Source of the DNA: Candidatus Bathyarchaeota archaeon
GTDB taxonomy: Archaea > Thermoproteota > Bathyarchaeia > TCS64
NCBI GenBank assembly: GCA_016930055.1
Contig: JAFGHP010000004.1
Coordinates: 1,857-65,856, forward strand
Reading direction: 5' to 3'
DNA: 64,000 bases
Every line of letters starts with the position of its first letter. Position 1 is the first letter of the stretch. A model generated the notes under the pieces. It ran no database searches. It was not told where the DNA came from and worked only from the letters and a program-made list of their open reading frames with translations. Below are positions 9,952 through 17,880 of the stretch, in pieces. Both the position numbers and the translations under genes were made by a program.

Positions 9952-11151
9952 TTGGCTGAAAAATACTTTGCTAAACAACCTGATCCAGAAGATATAACTA
10001 AAAAAATTGAGGGTTACCAATCATGGTTAGAAATAGATCTTGATGCTTTAGACCATAATTTTAATCAAATATTCAATAAAGTAAAGGTTGAAATTATTCC
10101 ATGCGTTAAGTCAAATGCTTATGGTCATGGAATTGCACCAATAGTTGCCTATTTAATGTCTAAAGGTGTGAAACGTTTTCTTGTAGCAAAAATTAATGAA
10201 GCTGAACAAATAAGAGATGCAGGTTTAGATTGTGACATTATAAGTATGGACCCATTATTTTCAGATGAACAATATAATAAGGTTGTAGAATTAAAAATAA
10301 CTCAAACAGTTTTCCTAAAAGAAACAGCAGATAAACTAAATTCGACATCTGAAAAACATGGAAAAATCAATCCAGTATGGATTAAAATAGATACTGGTCT
10401 AGGTAGGATAGGAGTTAAATGGGATAAAGCGGTGGAATTTGTTAAATATGTCTCAATGCTTCCTTTCCTAAAAATTGATGGAATATTTTCTACTCTTTCC
10501 GAAGATCCTGAGCTTGATAAAAATCAAGTAGAAAGAATGAATTTAATTAGTAAAGAATTAAATCAACTTGGGGTAGAGTACGGGATCAGAAGTATTGCTA
10601 GCAGTAACGCCATTTTTCATGAACCTCATTCATATTTAGATGCAGTAAGACCAGGAATAATGTTATATGGTTTATATCCAGAACCAAAAGATCAGGAAAA
10701 TATCCTTAAACTTAAACAATGTTTCAAACTCAAAGCAAGGATTGAACAGATAAAAGATGTTAAAATTGGTGAAAGTTTAACCTACAGTAAAAGATTTGTT
10801 GCATCTAAAAATATGCGTGTGGGAACAATCCACTTGGGTTACTCAGATGGATTTCCAAGAGGTTTAACACAAAAAGGAAAAGTCAGTGTAAATGGAAAAA
10901 TTAAACCTATTTTAGGGACTGTGTCAGTTAATCATACATTAATAGATTTAGATGATACTCAAACCGTTGTTGGCTCTGTTGTTGAAGCTATAAGTAATGT
11001 TGGTGAAAATGATGCAATTCATATTGCAGCAACTTCAGGAATAATGATTTATTCATTGATGGTTGGTTTAAATCCCCTTTTACCAAGAATATATTTACAG
11101 AATAACAAAATTGTAGCTATAAATCATTTAAAACTAAGTGAACTTTATTAA
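9952..11151 (+). CDS. alr: Alanine racemase (PLP-dependent), TTG start
   Basis: PLP-lysine motif VKSNAYGHG, plus the C-terminal beta-domain motifs GYSDGFPR and VSVNHTLIDL. Confidence 0.85.
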   Translation: MAEKYFAKQPDPEDITKKIEGYQSWLEIDLDALDHNFNQIFNKVKVEIIPCVKSNAYGHGIAPIVAYLMSKGVKRFLVAKINEAEQIRDAGLDCDIISMDPLFSDEQYNKVVELKITQTVFLKETADKLNSTSEKHGKINPVWIKIDTGLGRIGVKWDKAVEFVKYVSMLPFLKIDGIFSTLSEDPELDKNQVERMNLISKELNQLGVEYGIRSIASSNAIFHEPHSYLDAVRPGIMLYGLYPEPKDQENILKLKQCFKLKARIEQIKDVKIGESLTYSKRFVASKNMRVGTIHLGYSDGFPRGLTQKGKVSVNGKIKPILGTVSVNHTLIDLDDTQTVVGSVVEAISNVGENDAIHIAATSGIMIYSLMVGLNPLLPRIYLQNNKIVAINHLKLSELY

Positions 11152-11173
11152 AATTTATAAAAAAATGAATTTT

Positions 11174-11608
11174 TTATATTGGGAAAGACCACCTGAGTAC
11201 GTCTCTAGTTGCTTTATCAATATAGGTACTGCAACTTCGAGCAATGTCAACTGCTGTTATTACACCATAAATTATGTCATCTTTTACAACAGGGATTCTC
11301 TTTATCTTATTTTTTTGCATTATTTCTGATGCAACCAAAAGATCTTCGTCTGGATCAATCGTAATCAAAGGAGTTGACATGATGCTACCAATCGAAGTTT
11401 TTTTAGCATCTTTTTCTGCGATTAGAACTTTTAAAATAATATCTTTTTCAGTGGCTATTCCCTTTGGTTTTCCCTTCTCGAGTACAATAATATAACCTAA
11501 GTCTGTATCAGCAAGAGTTTTAGCTGCTTCCATTATTGAAGCATTAACATCTAATGTCGGGAATTCTTTATCCATATAATCTTTAACACTGTAGGACAAT
11601 TTGATCAT
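11174..11608 (-). CDS. CBS-pair domain protein (paralog of 50078..50512)
   Basis: Two CBS repeats are present: VKDYM...GIATEKDIILKV and IMSTPLITI...IKRIPVVKDDIIYGVITAVDI. Confidence 0.85.
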   Translation of the reverse strand: MIKLSYSVKDYMDKEFPTLDVNASIMEAAKTLADTDLGYIIVLEKGKPKGIATEKDIILKVLIAEKDAKKTSIGSIMSTPLITIDPDEDLLVASEIMQKNKIKRIPVVKDDIIYGVITAVDIARSCSTYIDKATRDVLRWSFPI

Positions 11609-11767
11609 AATACTATAACAAAGGATTCTATTTTAACTTTTCAAAAACAATATATTAGAATTAATTTTTTAATTATAAAGTATAATTTAAATTATAAAAT
11701 CTTTGATAACGGTTAATTGACAAGTTGTGGAAAGAATTATAATATAGGGAGCATCTTTGGAAGCAAA

Positions 11768-13024
11768 ATGATTGTTGACGAGAAAAAAAGTCTGTTACCC
11801 TTCACCTTTATATATATAGGGCAGGCTTTCTCTCTTTTTGGGAGTACGCTAGTCCAGTTTTCACTAGTTTGGTATCTAACTCGTTCAACAGGTTCTGCTT
11901 CTGTATTAGCTATCGGTACAATTATGGCTATGTTGCCTAACATTGTTTTGGCACCAATCGCTGGTGCTTATGTTGATAGGTGGTCACGTAAATGGGTTCT
12001 AATAATTTCAGACGCTTTAACTGCCTTCTCAGTACTAATATTGGCTATTCTTTTTACTTTAAATTCTGTTACTGTGTGGCATATCTATTTTCTTATGTTA
12101 TTCAGGTCATTAATGGGTGTTTTTCATTCCACTGCATTCCAAGCATCAACGAGCTTAATGGTACCAGACAAACATCTTGCCAGAGTAGGAGGATTAAATC
12201 AAGCTCTTGTAGGATTTATGAATATCTTAGCTTTTCCGATTGGGGCTATTTTGATGGATATGTTACCTCTTTATGGAATATTGAGTATTGATGTTGCGAC
12301 AGCAATTATAGCAATATTACCTATTTTTATTTTAGGAGTGCCTCAACCTAAAGAAAATTTAATTCAAAAAAAATCTTTGGTAATAGAGTTGAAAGAAGGT
12401 TTTCATTTTTTAATGGATTTACCCCATGGTAAATTTTTATTCTTAGGTATAATGATTGTTAATTTTTTGGTTACACCAGCTGTTACCTTGATTCCTCTAT
12501 ACATTACTCAATACTTTAAAGGGGGTGCAATAGAATATGCTTGGGCAGAATCTGTTTTTGGAATTGGATTGATTATTGGGGGAATTACTCTCACTTTGTG
12601 GGGAGGGTTTAAAAGAAGAATGTTAACAACGATGCTGTCTTTCTTAGTGGGCGGTATAACTTTAACTCTAATCGGCCTTCTGCCCCCAAATGGTTACCGA
12701 ACACTACTAATTTATTGTTTCATTTTAGGTTTCATAATTCCAATAGGCGGTAGTTCTTTTTTTGCCATGATTCAATCACTTTCTCCACCTGAGCTTCATG
12801 GGAGAATAATTAGCATGGTTAATGCTGCGAGTGCTGCAATGTCCCCATTAGGTCTTGCCTTAGCCGGACCAATAACAGATATGATGGGTCCACAAATATG
12901 GTTTATTACAGGTGGAATAACGATGAGTAGTTTATCTGCTATTGCGATCACAATCAGAGAAATTATTAACATAGAAGAGACAATGAATAACAAAAATAAC
13001 AATAGCAGAGTTTCTGAAATTTAA
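11768..13024 (+). CDS. MFS transporter (EntS/macrolide-efflux-like)
   Basis: 12-TM profile. Contains GAYVDRWSRK, the MFS loop 2-3 motif. I use ATG 11768; the ORF track begins at TTG 11717. Confidence 0.8.
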   Translation: MIVDEKKSLLPFTFIYIGQAFSLFGSTLVQFSLVWYLTRSTGSASVLAIGTIMAMLPNIVLAPIAGAYVDRWSRKWVLIISDALTAFSVLILAILFTLNSVTVWHIYFLMLFRSLMGVFHSTAFQASTSLMVPDKHLARVGGLNQALVGFMNILAFPIGAILMDMLPLYGILSIDVATAIIAILPIFILGVPQPKENLIQKKSLVIELKEGFHFLMDLPHGKFLFLGIMIVNFLVTPAVTLIPLYITQYFKGGAIEYAWAESVFGIGLIIGGITLTLWGGFKRRMLTTMLSFLVGGITLTLIGLLPPNGYRTLLIYCFILGFIIPIGGSSFFAMIQSLSPPELHGRIISMVNAASAAMSPLGLALAGPITDMMGPQIWFITGGITMSSLSAIAITIREIINIEETMNNKNNNSRVSEI

Positions 13025-13057
13025 TATTGAAAAGCGAATAAAATTATTTTAAAAAAA

Positions 13058-14293
13058 TTACCACACTTTTTTAAGTAAATTTAATGCGTTTAACCCAATT
13101 ATTTTAGAAACATCATTATCAGAATAGCCATTTTTTATCATCCATCTTGCTATGTTAATGAACTCATTAGGATTCTCAAGTCCTTTAACATATCCTGGAT
13201 CATTTTTTTCAGATAATTGTGTCTCTCTACCTTGTTGAGACAGTCTACTAGATCTATTGTAATGCCCTAGCCGACGACTAAACCAATATTTATAGAGACC
13301 TTGATGGTTTCCATAAAGTGTGTCGGGTCCACAGCCAACATGATCAATTCCTACTAGGTTAATACAATATTCTATAATTTCCATATAACTTTCAATGCAT
13401 CCCAGAGGATTCTTTTTAGTAGTTAAACCTCTCCCTGCACCTCCTATACCAATTAGACCGTCTTTTTCTGCCATAGCAATTATTGCTTCATCACTCATCA
13501 CATGACCTTTAGCAAACGAAGATGGACCACTATGACTATTATAAATCGGTTTATCACTTGCTTCAATTGTATCGAGAGCTGTTTTATCGTTTGTATGACC
13601 CACATCAATGAGCATACCAAGTTTATTCATTCTTTTAACAGCGTCATAACCAAAGTCACTTAAGCCAGTGGTTTTATCTGTTTCACTCATTCCTCCTCCA
13701 AGCATATTTGATTCACTATAACAGATTCCCATGCTTCTAACTCCAAGACCATAGAGCACATCGATTCTGTCTAGTTCGTTTTCTATTGGCGTAGACGACT
13801 CTAAGCAAAGTACTAAGGCTATTTTTCCCGCTTTATGTGCTTCTATGATGTCATCAACATTATGACAGGGAAACACCATTTTTTGGTGGTGAATATCACT
13901 TAGTCGAATACCAATGTCATGAATTATGTCTGACCATTTCCATCCGTTATAACTAGTAATATACGTAGTTCCATTCATTAAATTATCAAAAATACAATCT
14001 ATGCCACTTACACTAAGTGCTTCATATGCTAAAAAACCTCTACCCATAGAATTGAATTCCATAGCTAAACTCATATCATCTGGCCAAAGTACAGGGTGTT
14101 CATGAAGATCTATTACTAGATTCTTTTCAATTATATTTTCAAAATGTTCTTCTTCAGTTTTTGATAAAGGCACAAAGTAAGGAGGAACTCTATTAAATTC
14201 AGAACAAAGTTTATACTCTTTATAATCAAACCCCGCTTTCAAATATTGGAAAGCTTTGTACCCATCATATTTTTTACCTCTACCCATTTTCAA
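13058..14293 (-). CDS. Membrane dipeptidase, peptidase family M19 (renal-dipeptidase-like)
   Basis: Motifs VIDLHEHP, MLIDVGH and GIDHVGCGPD are typical of M19. Confidence 0.8.
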   Translation of the reverse strand: MKMGRGKKYDGYKAFQYLKAGFDYKEYKLCSEFNRVPPYFVPLSKTEEEHFENIIEKNLVIDLHEHPVLWPDDMSLAMEFNSMGRGFLAYEALSVSGIDCIFDNLMNGTTYITSYNGWKWSDIIHDIGIRLSDIHHQKMVFPCHNVDDIIEAHKAGKIALVLCLESSTPIENELDRIDVLYGLGVRSMGICYSESNMLGGGMSETDKTTGLSDFGYDAVKRMNKLGMLIDVGHTNDKTALDTIEASDKPIYNSHSGPSSFAKGHVMSDEAIIAMAEKDGLIGIGGAGRGLTTKKNPLGCIESYMEIIEYCINLVGIDHVGCGPDTLYGNHQGLYKYWFSRRLGHYNRSSRLSQQGRETQLSEKNDPGYVKGLENPNEFINIARWMIKNGYSDNDVSKIIGLNALNLLKKVW

Positions 14294-14358
14294 CCATTTT
14301 AAACTAGTATAATAAGTTAATAAAATATAATAAACTTAAAAAGCGAATTAGAAATATT

Positions 14359-14817
14359 TTAAAAAGTTCTTCTAAAATAATCTCTGTATGGATCAAGTGT
14401 ACCAAATTTTTTAAATGAATTTTTAGTTGAACACTCATACAAGAATGTTGGTTTTCCTGTTTTTTTTAAGAAATTTAAATTTTGAGCAATAACACTACTA
14501 TTATTTACCCAAATTATTATTGTATAATCACAAAACTTAATCATGTTTTTTTCTCTTTCTTGAAGAGTGTCACCAAATTTTTTCTCAACCCAATTTCCTG
14601 CATTATATCTCACCTTTCTAGCATGACCAACAATTACATTACTATAATTTATATTTTTTAAATAATTTTGAAATGCTCTGCTTGCTCCATGAGCTTCTCC
14701 TACAATGATCAAATGATTCAGTGATATTGCTTCATTAATAATTTCTTTAATTTCAAGAGGAAGCCCTTTAAAATCATATGATGAACTACCCATAAGCAGT
14801 AATATCTTTGGATTCAA
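14359..14817 (-). CDS. Hypothetical Rossmann-like protein, possibly SLOG/DprA/YpsA-like
   Basis: The beta1 strand KILLLMGSS is followed by IIVGEAHGASRAFQNYL. This resembles the G-x-A-x-G-x-D/R nucleotide-loop region of SLOG-superfamily proteins. The match is weak. Confidence 0.4.
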   Translation of the reverse strand: MNPKILLLMGSSSYDFKGLPLEIKEIINEAISLNHLIIVGEAHGASRAFQNYLKNINYSNVIVGHARKVRYNAGNWVEKKFGDTLQEREKNMIKFCDYTIIIWVNNSSVIAQNLNFLKKTGKPTFLYECSTKNSFKKFGTLDPYRDYFRRTF

Positions 14818-14896
14818 TAGTCTTTCAAAAATATACTACTATTAAGAAATCTATATTATTTTTTAAAAATATAATGCTGAAAACGAAGGAGGAAAC

Positions 14897-15145
14897 CTAG
14901 GAGAAATTGAAAGGCTTCATTAAATTTTGATAATCTTTAATGAATTTGGCACCTTTATTAGTCGTCACATATAAGCCATCTTCACCAATAATTAACAAAC
15001 CACTCTTAATCAAATTATCGAGATAATTCCTCACAATCGCAAAATTAAGGTTACTCCTGTAAACAATCCTAGTCTTATTAGCACCATTCAAAGCAGATTC
15101 AAGAATATCCACATTCACGTCAACACTCGTCCTTCTCACACCCAT
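14897..15145 (-). CDS. Small winged-helix DNA-binding protein (HTH_45-like), paralog 2
   Basis: MGVRRTSVDVNVDILESALNGANKTRIVYRSNLNFAIVRNYLDNLIKSGLL. I place the start at the ATG aligned with paralog 1; the ORF track starts 11 codons earlier at 15178. Confidence 0.7.
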   Translation of the reverse strand: MGVRRTSVDVNVDILESALNGANKTRIVYRSNLNFAIVRNYLDNLIKSGLLIIGEDGLYVTTNKGAKFIKDYQNLMKPFNFS

Positions 15146-15262
15146 ACAATCACACCCCCTAAAACAGCAGCACTCCAACTATTACCATAAAAAAAATTAT
15201 AGAAGATACAGAGACTACACCAATAACCCTGCACACGTTTTCAGCGGTCATCAAACATCACC

Positions 15263-15373
15263 TTAAAGTTTGAAGCTTCCGCCGAACTGCATTAACATCA
15301 TTACAGCATACATTGCTGTGAGCATGGCTAATCCGCCTATCGTCCATCCGAAGACCATCATTTTTCCATTCAT
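15263..15373 (-). CDS. Candidate 36-aa single-TM micro-protein upstream of wHTH paralog 2
   Basis: MNGKMMVFGWTIGGLAMLTAMYAVMMLMQFGGSFKL*. An AGGAG lies 13-17 nt upstream of the ATG. The region is visibly more GC-rich than normal intergenic DNA here. Confidence 0.3.
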   Translation of the reverse strand: MNGKMMVFGWTIGGLAMLTAMYAVMMLMQFGGSFKL

Positions 15374-15426
15374 TCCTTTCACATTCTCCTTTGTTTTGTT
15401 TTCAGCTGAATAGTTCAGTAACATTC

Positions 15427-15454
15427 TTTAGATATAATCCTACTCTAGCGTTTT
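15427..15454 (-). promoter_or_regulatory. Conserved upstream element, copy 2 (see 9153..9180)
   Basis: tttagata-taatcc-tactctagcgtttt on the + strand. It ends 53 nt upstream of the micro-ORF ATG at 15373. Confidence 0.4.
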
Positions 15455-15756
15455 CTGGGAGTGTTTCCCATAAATGGATAAAAAATTGTTTCTTCTTCCA
15501 TTTTTGGATAAATTCTGAATCAGCAATAGAGAAGAAAATTCCTAAACCATATTATGATTTATGGATACATTATTAATTTTTTATGGGGTTCTGATTTTAA
15601 ATTTTCTAGAATTATTTAGAATAATTAAAACCTTTTATCATTTTTTAAGAAATAATTAATCCCTTTAAATTTTATCTTATTATAACAATTTTTTTAATAG
15701 TAAGAATTTTATACAATGTTGCTTTAAAGTATAAGAGGAGTCGGATATTATTCCAA

Positions 15757-16149
15757 TTGAAGATTACTAGAATTGTTTTAGATGTAATGTCTCCAGCGCA
15801 GCAATCTATGGTTGATCTTGCTGAAAAATTAAATCAGATTGAGGGAGTCTCGAAAGTTGAGATAGTTTTATCTGAACTTGAAAAAAACGTTGAAGATTTT
15901 AAAATTAGTATAGATGGCTATGGTCTTAAATATGAGACTATAAGAGATGTTTTAAGAGATTTTGGAGCCGTTATTAGGAATGTTGATAGCATAACTTCAT
16001 CAAAATTACAATCATCAAATATTGATGATGATAAAATATCAGCATCGATGCTTGTTCTAGCAAGACATATTGATTCAAAGATCGATAAAATGACAAAAAT
16101 CTACAGCGAATTTGATGAAACTTTAGAATACATAAAAAATAAAAGGTAA
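15757..16149 (+). CDS. DUF211 domain protein with a C-terminal extension, TTG start
   Basis: MKITRIVLDVMSP...LAEKLNQIEGVSKVEIVLSELEKNVEDFKISIDGYGLKYETIRDVLRDFGAVIRNVDSI matches the DUF211 pattern (RRLVLDVLKP...). About 35 extra residues follow at the C-terminus. Confidence 0.75.
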   Translation: MKITRIVLDVMSPAQQSMVDLAEKLNQIEGVSKVEIVLSELEKNVEDFKISIDGYGLKYETIRDVLRDFGAVIRNVDSITSSKLQSSNIDDDKISASMLVLARHIDSKIDKMTKIYSEFDETLEYIKNKR

Positions 16150-16250
16150 TGGGTTTACAGGATATTTAATTTGCGCTGGATAGCTAATATAACACTTATT
16201 CATTTTTTTAATAAATACAATATCCGTTTTTTGTTGACGGAGGTTAGAAT

Positions 16251-16874
16251 TTGAGTTTAAATTCTAATAGACATGGTATAAATTACAATTTAATAACTTT
16301 TTTTAAAGAAATTATTAATGATGTTTTACATGATGAGATCATAAGAAGGGCTTTTGCAAATAATGCTTTTGATGGAGCTTTAACCCTTTTAGGTATTCTG
16401 ATGGGTAATCTTGTTTTAAATGAGTTTCAACCAGTTGAAGTAATAAAAATTGGATTGAGTACTTGCTTAGCAATTGGTATGTCTGGTGGCTTTGGCAGAT
16501 ATTTATCAGAACTTGCTGAAAGGAAAAGAAGCTTAAAACAATTAGAATATGATATGCTAAGCGATCTATCTGATACAAGTCTAGCAAGAGAAGGTAATAG
16601 GAAAATCTTAAGCATGTGTTTAGTAGATGGGCTTTCCCCTTCATTAGCTGCAGGAATACCTCTGATACCCTTTTTTTTATTTGAGTACAACTTATTATCA
16701 CTAAATGCTTCAATAATCGCTAGTTTTATACTGGTATTCATTGTACTTTTTAGCTTAGGTGTTTTTCTGGGTAAAATGGCTGAAGAAAACTCTCTAAAAT
16801 ATGGTGTATTCGTAGTAGCAGTAGGCTTTTTCACAAGTATAATAATTTTTGCAGCTTCAAAATATTTTGGATGA
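16251..16874 (+). CDS. VIT1/CCC1-family membrane protein (TIGR00267-like)
   Basis: An N-terminal soluble segment is followed by FANNAFDGALTLLGILMG and three C-terminal TM helices. Confidence 0.7.
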   Translation: MSLNSNRHGINYNLITFFKEIINDVLHDEIIRRAFANNAFDGALTLLGILMGNLVLNEFQPVEVIKIGLSTCLAIGMSGGFGRYLSELAERKRSLKQLEYDMLSDLSDTSLAREGNRKILSMCLVDGLSPSLAAGIPLIPFFLFEYNLLSLNASIIASFILVFIVLFSLGVFLGKMAEENSLKYGVFVVAVGFFTSIIIFAASKYFG

Positions 16875-17049
16875 GTAAAACAATTTAAAAAAGTTTCTAT
16901 TAAATATATTTCCCAACAGAAGGAGAATCCCATAAATAATCCTCTGCTGTAATCTCCTAATTATCCTCAACTTACTATAAATAGTTGTAAAAGCATTCCA
17001 CTTTATTTCACGAAGATAGTCCTCAAAAGATGTTGTGGGTTCAAGAAAA

Positions 17050-17156
17050 GTGCCGGGGATGGGATTTGAACCCATGGTCTTTATCCGGATTGGGCGCTGG
17101 TGCCTAAATCCTCTGGATCATGAGTCCAGCGCATTAGCCAATCTATGCTACCCCGG
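17050..17156 (-). tRNA. tRNA-Met (anticodon CAT; elongator Met or Ile2-type) with a ~32-nt insertion between the anticodon stem and T-stem
   Basis: Hand fold. Acceptor GCCGGGG/CCCCGGC with discriminator A. D-arm GCAT-AGATTGGCTA-ATGC. Anticodon arm CTGGA-CTCATGA-TCCAG. T-arm ATGGG-TTCAAAT-CCCAT. 37 nt (17075..17111) sit where a 5-nt variable loop is expected. No encoded CCA. Confidence 0.8.
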
Positions 17157-17339
17157 CTCTTGCAGTCTCTACACCTTTCATAAATTTAAATGATGAGGCA
17201 AATATCACTATCAATTATAATTCTATTTAGTGTTTATTTACCTTAGCTTGAGATTGATTTTTTTGTATGGTTTCTTGGTTTTTTGTTAAAATATTTAAAT
17301 AGTTTAAAAGTAAATCTTGAATCGTTTGAGGTGTATTAA

Positions 17340-17801
17340 TTGTTTGATCCTGTATTTAGTAAAATATTGGTTGCTTATGATGGATCAGAAGCTTCTGATA
17401 GGGCTTTAGATTCTGCAGCTAAGATGGCTGCTATGTTTAAAGGTGAAATTATCATAATTACTGTTGTTCCCCGAGTTTCTATGCCTATAATTTCTACTGG
17501 AGAGATGAGTTACATGGAGTTAGGTGCTGAAACCTATCAAGAGAAATTAATTGAAGCATATTCTCTTGCATTAGAAAAAGCTAAAGAAGAAATGAAAGAA
17601 CATTACCCCCAAATAAAGATAGAAGCTATTCTTAAAGAGGGTAGGCCTTCTGAACTTATAGTTGCAGAAGCAGATTTAAAGGGTGCAAGTCTAATTGTAA
17701 TGGGAAGTAGGGGAATTGGTGGTATTAGTGGCTGGATTTTAGGTAGCACTAGTAGAAAAGTCGTAGATCATTGCACTAAACCGATTTTAATTGTCAAATA
17801 A
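17340..17801 (+). CDS. Universal stress protein (UspA family), TTG start
   Basis: KILVAYDGSEASDRAL...LIVMGSRGIGGISGWILGSTSRKVVDHCTKPILIV. Confidence 0.85.
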   Translation: MFDPVFSKILVAYDGSEASDRALDSAAKMAAMFKGEIIIITVVPRVSMPIISTGEMSYMELGAETYQEKLIEAYSLALEKAKEEMKEHYPQIKIEAILKEGRPSELIVAEADLKGASLIVMGSRGIGGISGWILGSTSRKVVDHCTKPILIVK

Positions 17802-17880
17802 ATTTGCTAATTATTATTTTTTTTATAATATTTTTTGTTTTTCCAGCATTTATTTATTATATTAATGTTCATTTACGTTC

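Noticed and set aside
11705-11727. Shared GGTT(AA)TTGACAA string upstream of the 11717 MFS ORF and at the CBS paralog start (50070-50085)
   Set aside because: Only about 8 contiguous identical bases are shared in AT-rich DNA, and the contexts differ (TTG pseudo-starts). This is likely chance.
15146-15262. Possible C/D-box sRNA (TGATGA...CTGA) between the micro-ORF and the wHTH gene; a similar ATGATGA occurs near 17190
   Set aside because: The C-like and D-like boxes are only 3 nt apart at 15240-15255. No properly spaced D/D' boxes or terminal stem were found at either site.
16339-16933. Two long minus-strand ORFs (124 and 168 aa) antisense to the VIT-family gene
   Set aside because: Their composition is odd and they have no motifs. 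The + strand product has a recognisable family pattern and TM topology. Other antisense ORFs were rejected the same way: 1491..1691, 3720..3956, 4962..5289, 6172..6366, 6665..6901, 8881..9078, 11274..11495, 11737..11943, 11992..12291, 12796..13002, 19492..19731, 20562..20753, 22715..22900, 24124..24405, 24863..25096, 25315..25590, 26298..26594, 26886..27083, 28165..28392, 30109..30300, 32715..33047, 43765..43968, 44849..45145, 46708..46920, 48725..48958, 49347..49674, 50107..50412, 51100..51309, 51427..51699, 52507..52740, 52848..53075, 53317..53544, 54141..54329, 55348..55794, 57717..57959, 58508..58714, 61203..61622 and 61650..61985.
16857-17075. 72-aa ORF on the minus strand
   Set aside because: It overlaps the well-folding tRNA-Met gene (17050..17156) and the 3' end of the VIT gene. 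I treat it as an artefact of the tRNA sequence.
17075-17111. Interpreting the 37-nt tRNA insert as a class II long variable arm
   Set aside because: Class II arms are up to about 21 nt and occur in Leu/Ser (and bacterial Tyr) tRNAs, not in CAT-anticodon tRNAs. An intron is the simpler reading, although I could not define exact BHB junctions by hand.
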